This document shows, in pieces, positions 59,406-64,000 of a stretch of 64,000 bases of DNA. This stretch comes from Candidatus Omnitrophota bacterium (GTDB lineage: Bacteria > Omnitrophota > Gorgyraeia > S143-82). How positions within the stretch are numbered: position 1 is the stretch's first letter; each line of letters begins with the position of its first letter. Below the pieces are notes generated by a model. It had not been told where the DNA came from, did not search any database, and was given only the letters and a program-made list of their open reading frames with translations. A program made the position numbers and the translations under genes. The stretch covers positions 10,431 to 74,430 of the forward strand of contig WGBD01000006.1 in assembly GCA_015494465.1 (NCBI GenBank), given 5' to 3'.

Positions 59406-60131
59406 TTAGAGAAGCGCAAGCATATCCTTCACCGCCTTACGCATCCCGAAGAGGACTGCGTAAGAGACTATAGAATGGCCGATGTTGAGTTCGTAGATCT
59501 GGGGGATTTCCGCGATAGGGCGGACATTGTCGTAGTGCAGGCCGTGACCCGCGTTGACCCTCAAGCCCAACTTGTCGTGAGCGAACTCCGCAGACCTTAT
59601 TATCCTGCGCAGGTGGGACTGCCTTTCTCTCTTCGTCTTTGCATCCGAGTAGTGGCCGGTGTGTATCTCCACTATACCCACCCCGATGTCCCTGCTGGCC
59701 TTCATCTGATCCAGATCCGGTTCTATAAACAGACTCACCTCTATCCCTGCCGACTGAAGGCGCCTCACCACCCGCTGAAGGCGCCTGCCCAGCCCTATCA
59801 CATCCAGCCCCCCCTCGGTGGTAAGTTCCCTCCTGCGCTCGGGAACGAGCGTGGCCTGATGGGGTTTCAGGCGCACCGCCACATCCACTATGTCCCGAGC
59901 GATGGACATCTCCAAATTGAACCGTATGGATATCGCGGACTTGATCCTGAAGACATCCTCGTCGTTTATGTGCCTGCGATCCTCCCGCAGGTGGGCGACG
60001 ATGGAATCTGCTCCCGCCCTTTCACAAAGCACCGCTGCGAAGGCAGGGTCGGGATAGGTCGTGCCCCTTGCCTGCCGAATCGTGGCGACATGGTCGACAT
60101 TTACCCCCAACTTCTTCCTTTTCTGCCTCAT
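59406..60131 (-). CDS. pdxJ: pyridoxine 5'-phosphate synthase
   Basis: 241 aa. [17 protein letters not shown] and TTEGGLDV regions are PdxJ hallmarks. Confidence 0.92.
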   Translation of the reverse strand: MRQKRKKLGVNVDHVATIRQARGTTYPDPAFAAVLCERAGADSIVAHLREDRRHINDEDVFRIKSAISIRFNLEMSIARDIVDVAVRLKPHQATLVPERRRELTTEGGLDVIGLGRRLQRVVRRLQSAGIEVSLFIEPDLDQMKASRDIGVGIVEIHTGHYSDAKTKRERQSHLRRIIRSAEFAHDKLGLRVNAGHGLHYDNVRPIAEIPQIYELNIGHSIVSYAVLFGMRKAVKDMLALL

Positions 60132-60343
60132 ATGTTTAGTTTCCCCTCCTGATACAACTTCACGAAGTAGCCAATAGATCGGTTATAGGTCTTCTCCGCA
60201 AAGTCCGGGAAGTAGCAGGCCGGCAACTCCCCCATGGAACGGTGATAGGCAATGCACTCACAACAGAGCCCCTTCTTACTGCACGGCTCGTAAGAACAAT
60301 TGCACCGGGCGAGGTTCCTATCCCTGTTGGGACAAGAGGCCAT
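60128..60343 (-). CDS. small cysteine-rich protein of unknown function
   Basis: 71 aa with a dense Cys array, [31 protein letters not shown]...PAC (9 Cys). Overlaps pdxJ (4 nt) and def (26 nt); no family assigned. Confidence 0.5.
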   Translation of the reverse strand: MASCPNRDRNLARCNCSYEPCSKKGLCCECIAYHRSMGELPACYFPDFAEKTYNRSIGYFVKLYQEGKLNI

Positions 60344-60839
60344 ACTCCTCCTCCAATCTCTTAAGGGCCTTCAGAGAATCCTCTTTCATAGGTCCGCTTG
60401 CCCTGTCTATTATCAGCTTCCCGTCCAGATGATCTATCTCGTGCTGGATAACCCTTGCCAGAAGGCCTTCCCCCTGCCAGACCTTTTCTTTCCCGCTTAC
60501 ATCAAGGGCCTTAAACTTTATGTAACCCACTTTTCGTCTAACCGGCACATACACCCCCGGCAGGGAAAGACAGCCCTCCTCCATCTCCTCCTCTTTTCCA
60601 CCCACCTCCAATATCACCGGATTTATCAACTTAAGCAGGCCCTTTCCCACATCCACCACGATAATCCTCTTGTTCACCCCCACCTGCGGGGCAGCCAGAC
60701 CTATCCCGTCGTACTTGTACATGGCCCGAGCCATCTCCGAGAGGAACCGGGCAAGGTCCTCGTCGAACGACTCCACCTCGTCAGACCGCCTTCGCAACAG
60801 CGGATCCGGATAATGCACTATCTTAAGCATCAGATTCAC
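60318..60839 (-). CDS. def: peptide deformylase
   Basis: 173 aa. [26 protein letters not shown] motifs. Confidence 0.93.
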   Translation of the reverse strand: MNLMLKIVHYPDPLLRRRSDEVESFDEDLARFLSEMARAMYKYDGIGLAAPQVGVNKRIIVVDVGKGLLKLINPVILEVGGKEEEMEEGCLSLPGVYVPVRRKVGYIKFKALDVSGKEKVWQGEGLLARVIQHEIDHLDGKLIIDRASGPMKEDSLKALKRLEEEYGLLSQQG

Positions 60840-61191
60840 CCCTTATTATTATCGGCTCGGGCAGTTTGCCCCCGGAGATCTCCTCTTCACTGGCCCACCA
60901 ATAGGACAAAACGATTATCTCGTCCCCCACCTGTGCGGTGCGGGCAGCCGGGCCGTTCAGACAGACCACGCCCGAGCCCCTCTTACCGGGTATGGCGTAG
61001 GTCTCTATACGGGAGCCGGTGCTGAGGTTGAGGACCTCCACCTTCTCGTAGGGCAGGATGTTCGCCCTCTCCAGCAGGTCCTCGTCGAGCGTAATACTGC
61101 CCTCGTAATAGAGTTCCGTTTCGGTTACCCTTATCCTGTGTATCTTTGACTTCAACACGCATCGATTCATAATCACACCCCAACCGCTCAT
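60823..61191 (-). CDS. panD: aspartate 1-decarboxylase
   Basis: Probable start MNRCVLKSKIHRIRVTE (internal Met at about 61170). Self-processing site YEGSITLD and the CLNGPAAR region. Confidence 0.88.
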   Translation of the reverse strand: MSGWGVIMNRCVLKSKIHRIRVTETELYYEGSITLDEDLLERANILPYEKVEVLNLSTGSRIETYAIPGKRGSGVVCLNGPAARTAQVGDEIIVLSYWWASEEEISGGKLPEPIIIRGESDA

Positions 61192-61257
61192 TCCCTAACT
61201 CAAGATTTTACTACAAAAAGCCAAAAATCGGCAGGATATTATCCATCCCATCCGCCT

Positions 61258-61293
61258 TATGAGACGGATTCTTCCAGGAAGATTTCGTCTCAC
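61258..61293. repeat. palindromic hairpin repeat, copy 2 (TATGAGACGGATTCTTCCAGGAAGATTTCGTCTCAC)
   Basis: Stem GAGACG/CGTCTC with the conserved loop. Lies 18 nt 3' of the AAA-ATPase stop and upstream of panD. Confidence 0.8.
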
Positions 61294-61311
61294 ACGATCG
61301 GGTTAACCCGG

Positions 61312-62673
61312 TCAATTTGGGGAGAAATAATTGGTAATCTCCGACTGGAGGTCAAAGACAAGGCAGGCCTTAAGGCTATAATCCTTAACTTTTGCCTCTT
61401 TGCGCAGGTCGTAATTTACCAGAAGGGCCTTCTGAGGCCGATACTTGGCTAAGAATGAGTAATAACTTCGTGATAACGATATCTCTTTTAATCTCTTGGC
61501 CTTTACTTCTATAGAGGTCAATTTCCCATCACCGCTTCTCACTACAAAGTCGAGTTCGGCCTTTTGCAAAGTTCTCCAATAGTGCAAAGTCGTCGGGGCC
61601 TTGATTATCTTTAACAATTCACTCGCTACTGCATTTTCAAATAGAGCACCTTTATCATCTCGCCTCTCGAGATTCTCAAAACGCCCAAGGGCAAAGTTCC
61701 GCAGGCCTGTATCTATAAAGTAAACTTTAGGGGTCTTGATAAGTTCCTTTTTCCTGTTGGTAAAAAACGGCGGAACCAGAGAAATAACGAAGGTATTTAC
61801 CAGATCGTTCAGATACTGTTCCACCGTCTTCACCTGCAATCCAACTTCCCCTGCCAACTGAGAAACATTTAACAGGCTTCCTGCCTGGATTGCCAACAAA
61901 GACACCAACTTGTTAAAGGCCATTATATTTCTGACTTTAAGAAACCCCAAAATGTCCTTCTCTAAATAACTGGTATATAATTCTTCTAAGATGGAACTCT
62001 TCTTCTCGGAGCTCTGTTCCACCACTACCCGGGGATAACCTCCAAAAACTACAAACTCACTTAATATGCGAATCAACCTTTCTGCATCGTACTCTATGAG
62101 ATCTTCTCCCTTTTCTACCACCTCAAATAAGTCCTTATCAACATACCTCAGATACTCGTTGGCGGAGAGGGGCATAACCTGAAAAACCTTTTTACGCCCG
62201 GTGAGGGCCTCGTGGACCTTGCTCTTTATTTCCAGAGATGAAGACCCAGTCAAAACGAATTTTACCCCAAGATTCAAATCGTAAATTCCTTTGATAAAAA
62301 CCCCTGCGTTTTCAAGTCGTTGGACCTCATCGATGAAAAAATACATAACCTCGCTTTCCTTTTTACGGGATTTAATAAAGGAAATAACATCACCCTGATC
62401 CTGAAAGAAGGTTAGGTCTCTTACGAGGTCCAGATTGAAACGGAATATATTGCTCGGATTGATCCCTTTCTTTTCCAGTAAATACCTCTCTATCTGATCC
62501 AGAATGGTGGTCTTACCTACTTGACGAGGGCCAACGATTACCGTGATCTCTTTTTCATCCAGATGCTCTATGATGGAGTCTACTATATCCCTCTTAATCA
62601 TACCTAATCCTCTCCCAATCCAATATTTTTTACCCTCTATTACAAGAATAACCTGTATTAAAATTGTAGTCAA
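61312..62673 (-). CDS. AAA+ superfamily ATPase with C-terminal DUF4143 (COG1373-type)
   Basis: Walker A TVIVGPRQVGKTTIL, Walker B MYFFIDEVQ. The long C-terminal region matches the DUF4143 arrangement. Probable start at the internal Met MIKRDIVDSI (~62601). Confidence 0.75.
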   Translation of the reverse strand: MTTILIQVILVIEGKKYWIGRGLGMIKRDIVDSIIEHLDEKEITVIVGPRQVGKTTILDQIERYLLEKKGINPSNIFRFNLDLVRDLTFFQDQGDVISFIKSRKKESEVMYFFIDEVQRLENAGVFIKGIYDLNLGVKFVLTGSSSLEIKSKVHEALTGRKKVFQVMPLSANEYLRYVDKDLFEVVEKGEDLIEYDAERLIRILSEFVVFGGYPRVVVEQSSEKKSSILEELYTSYLEKDILGFLKVRNIMAFNKLVSLLAIQAGSLLNVSQLAGEVGLQVKTVEQYLNDLVNTFVISLVPPFFTNRKKELIKTPKVYFIDTGLRNFALGRFENLERRDDKGALFENAVASELLKIIKAPTTLHYWRTLQKAELDFVVRSGDGKLTSIEVKAKRLKEISLSRSYYSFLAKYRPQKALLVNYDLRKEAKVKDYSLKACLVFDLQSEITNYFSPN

Positions 62674-62703
62674 CTGAAATTTTGATTAACTTTGTATGTA
62701 ATA

Positions 62704-62739
62704 TATGAGACGGATTCTTCCAGAAAGACTCCGTCTCAC
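62704..62739. repeat. palindromic hairpin repeat, copy 3 (TATGAGACGGATTCTTCCAGAAAGACTCCGTCTCAC)
   Basis: Perfect 9-bp stem TGAGACGGA/TCCGTCTCA. The relE/parE TGA stop lies inside its GTGAGAC arm. Flanking 12-mer TCGGGGAGGCGC is shared with copy 1. Confidence 0.8.
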
Positions 62740-63020
62740 TTCTCGGGGAGGCGCCTTATCACCGTCTGGTAAACCTCTTTTCTGTGACCTATCTTTAGGA
62801 TTACCACAAACTCACCCTCTACCCGATAAATAACTCTATAGTCCCCTACCCTTAACTTGCGATACCCGCGCAATCCCCTACGCAACGGTTCACCATACAG
62901 GTCGGGATCCACCAAAATCCGCTTTTCTATTGCAGATTTGATCCTATCCCTCATATTCCGAGGGATATTAGGAAGGTCGCACTTTTTTACATCCGGATGG
63001 TAAACCGGAGTAAAGCCCAT
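62736..63020 (-). CDS. type II toxin, RelE/ParE family
   Basis: 94 aa. ...YRVIYRVEGEFVVILKIGHRKEVY is the RelE/ParE C-terminal signature. Abuts the antitoxin gene (stop-start adjacent). Confidence 0.8.
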   Translation of the reverse strand: MGFTPVYHPDVKKCDLPNIPRNMRDRIKSAIEKRILVDPDLYGEPLRRGLRGYRKLRVGDYRVIYRVEGEFVVILKIGHRKEVYQTVIRRLPEK

Positions 63021-63296
63021 CTACCCCCACACTTCCTCATGCGACAATCCAGAATCCAATGAAAAGGAGTTATCCCTCTTCCTTGCAATCTCATTCCAAT
63101 AAGAATCCTCCTGCAACTCCACAGCCTGTTTCAATAATTCCCTAGCCACAAGAGACATAGACAACCCGGACTTACGCGCCATTCTGCGGATAGATTCGTA
63201 CAACTCCGGCTCAAGGACGACATTCAAGCGTGCGTTTTTGGTGGGCATAGTATCACCTCCAAAACGGAGTGTATCACAAGTGATGACCCGGGTCAA
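63021..63296 (-). CDS. ribbon-helix-helix (CopG/RHH-type) antitoxin
   Basis: KNARLNVVLEPELYESIRRMARKSGLSMSLVARELL is a beta-strand plus two helices, the RHH fold. Probable start at the internal Met MPTKNARL (~63248). Confidence 0.7.
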   Translation of the reverse strand: MTRVITCDTLRFGGDTMPTKNARLNVVLEPELYESIRRMARKSGLSMSLVARELLKQAVELQEDSYWNEIARKRDNSFSLDSGLSHEEVWG

Positions 63297-63305
63297 TCTT
63301 TACCC

Positions 63306-63340
63306 TGTGAGACGGATTCTTCCAGAAAGATTTCGTTTCA
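63306..63340. repeat. palindromic hairpin repeat, copy 4 (degenerate: TGTGAGACGGATTCTTCCAGAAAGATTTCGTTTCA)
   Basis: Same loop as copies 2-3. The right arm is mutated (CGTTTCA versus CGTCTCA). Ends 4 nt from the TGA stop of the 81-aa ORF. Confidence 0.7.
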
Positions 63341-63344
63341 TTTG

Positions 63345-63590
63345 TCATTTGTTGGATGCTCGTGTATCGTTTTGGGGAAGTTCTTCTTTGCTCACCTCGG
63401 TTCCATCGGGCATCAGATATCGAATCTTACCATCTCTAAGGTAGACCACCGGGACCCCTAACTTAAGATGCCTCTCTATAGCCTCTTTAATAGCCTCATT
63501 CATTATCCTTTCCAATGTCTTACCATCAAAATCGTTTGGCACCTCATTCATCACAATCCTCCTTAAATCTTTCCAAATAGACTTTATCAA
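63345..63590 (-). CDS. hypothetical small protein (81 aa), partner of the upstream zeta-like ATPase gene
   Basis: ORF overlaps the upstream gene by 47 nt in the track. The internal Met MNEVPND (~63551) would give an 8-nt overlap. No recognisable family. Confidence 0.4.
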   Translation of the reverse strand: MIKSIWKDLRRIVMNEVPNDFDGKTLERIMNEAIKEAIERHLKLGVPVVYLRDGKIRYLMPDGTEVSKEELPQNDTRASNK

Positions 63591-64000
63591 CTACCTCCCC
63601 GTCGGATGCTATAAACCGAGCTTTACTTCCACCGTTATCAAAGAGATACCATCTATCGGCCAATAGCCTGTACTTATACCAAAAGTTGCACCTTGCCCGA
63701 TAATATCTTCTTATAACCACATCCTCAGGGATATAATGTCCTCCCAGCTGGGATCTATACTTAATCCGTTCAATACACACGCTAACATCCGCCACATCCA
63801 AAAAGAAAATCTTTATTACATAACCCCTTCTCTTGAGGTCCTCTATCACTTTAGCCCATATTTTCCCTGCCAGAGTCGTCTCAAAGCCAAAATTCTCACC
63901 TTTTTTCATCAACGAATGTATGCGCTGGAGCATTAATCTCCCAGCCTCTATTTGGGCATAGGAAGGCTCAAAGGGTGATAGTCCAACCGCTATCGCATCC
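63544..64000 (-). CDS. zeta-toxin / COG4185-like P-loop kinase-fold protein, C-terminal part (5' end beyond window)
   Basis: The frame stays open to the window edge; the extension reads DAIAVGLSPFEPSYAQIEAGRLMLQRIHSLMKKGENFGFETTLAG. The FETTL(S/A)G motif and following layout resemble zeta-toxin/AAA_33-type ATPases. Confidence 0.5.
   Translation of the reverse strand, partial: DAIAVGLSPFEPSYAQIEAGRLMLQRIHSLMKKGENFGFETTLAGKIWAKVIEDLKRRGYVIKIFFLDVADVSVCIERIKYRSQLGGHYIPEDVVIRRYYRARCNFWYKYRLLADRWYLFDNGGSKARFIASDGEVVDKVYLERFKEDCDE

Noticed and set aside
54845-63340. Calling the hairpin repeats integron attC sites outright
   Set aside because: The hairpins are about 33-36 bp, shorter than canonical attC (57 bp or more). 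No intI, attI or R/L core pairs can be recognised in the window, so the attC-like reading is kept only as one hypothesis among several.
1-64000. rRNA, tRNA, tmRNA, riboswitch or CRISPR content
   Set aside because: No direct-repeat/spacer array and no candidate sequence matching these features was seen. Intergenic gaps are mostly under 60 bp, and the larger gaps (54718-54874, 61192-61311) are explained by the hairpin repeat and promoter-like sequence.

Overview
This 64 kb window is a densely packed, fully co-oriented block of a bacterial chromosome. Every gene I can support lies on the minus strand. Composition and gene content point to a moderately GC-rich (about 55-60% in core genes), probably thermophilic, LPS-containing diderm. 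Gene order on the minus strand, reading from coordinate 64000 down to 1, is as follows. First comes a low-GC accessory islet: a partial zeta-toxin/COG4185-like ATPase, an 81-aa ORF, an RHH antitoxin plus RelE/ParE toxin, and a DUF4143 AAA+ ATPase. Next are panD, def, a Cys-rich small ORF, pdxJ, a ttcA-like gene, an MBL hydrolase, an SDH-family protease, a cupin, thi4, dapF and a thioesterase. They are followed by tpiA, glyQ, trpB, glmU, prs, rplY, pth, then rpsF-ssb-rpsR-rplI-dnaB. The lipid A/outer membrane cluster comes next (bamA-skp-lpxD-lpxC/fabZ fusion-lpxA-lpxI). Then tyrS, mcsA-mcsB-clpC, mlaEFD, radA, aroB, an orphan cpaF-type ATPase, a transaldolase, lptD, thiL, ruvB, aroE, a tyrA-cmk fusion, plsC, ispH, rpsA, yajC, a fused secDF, ileS, a DksA/TraR zinc-finger protein and rsmD. 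Last on the minus strand, nearest coordinate 1, are a giant 2971-aa ORF of unknown function and the 5' part of smc. The most unusual elements are three. One is the giant secreted/membrane-anchored protein wedged between rsmD and smc, which has a strongly AT-shifted 3' half. The second is a family of about 33-bp palindromic hairpin repeats (4 copies), each abutting or overlapping the stop codon of a minus-strand gene. The third is the low-GC toxin-antitoxin/ATPase cassette region at 61.2-64 kb, which is punctuated by three of those repeats. I found no rRNA, tRNA or CRISPR. The long plus-strand ORFs in the track are antisense shadows of the real genes.
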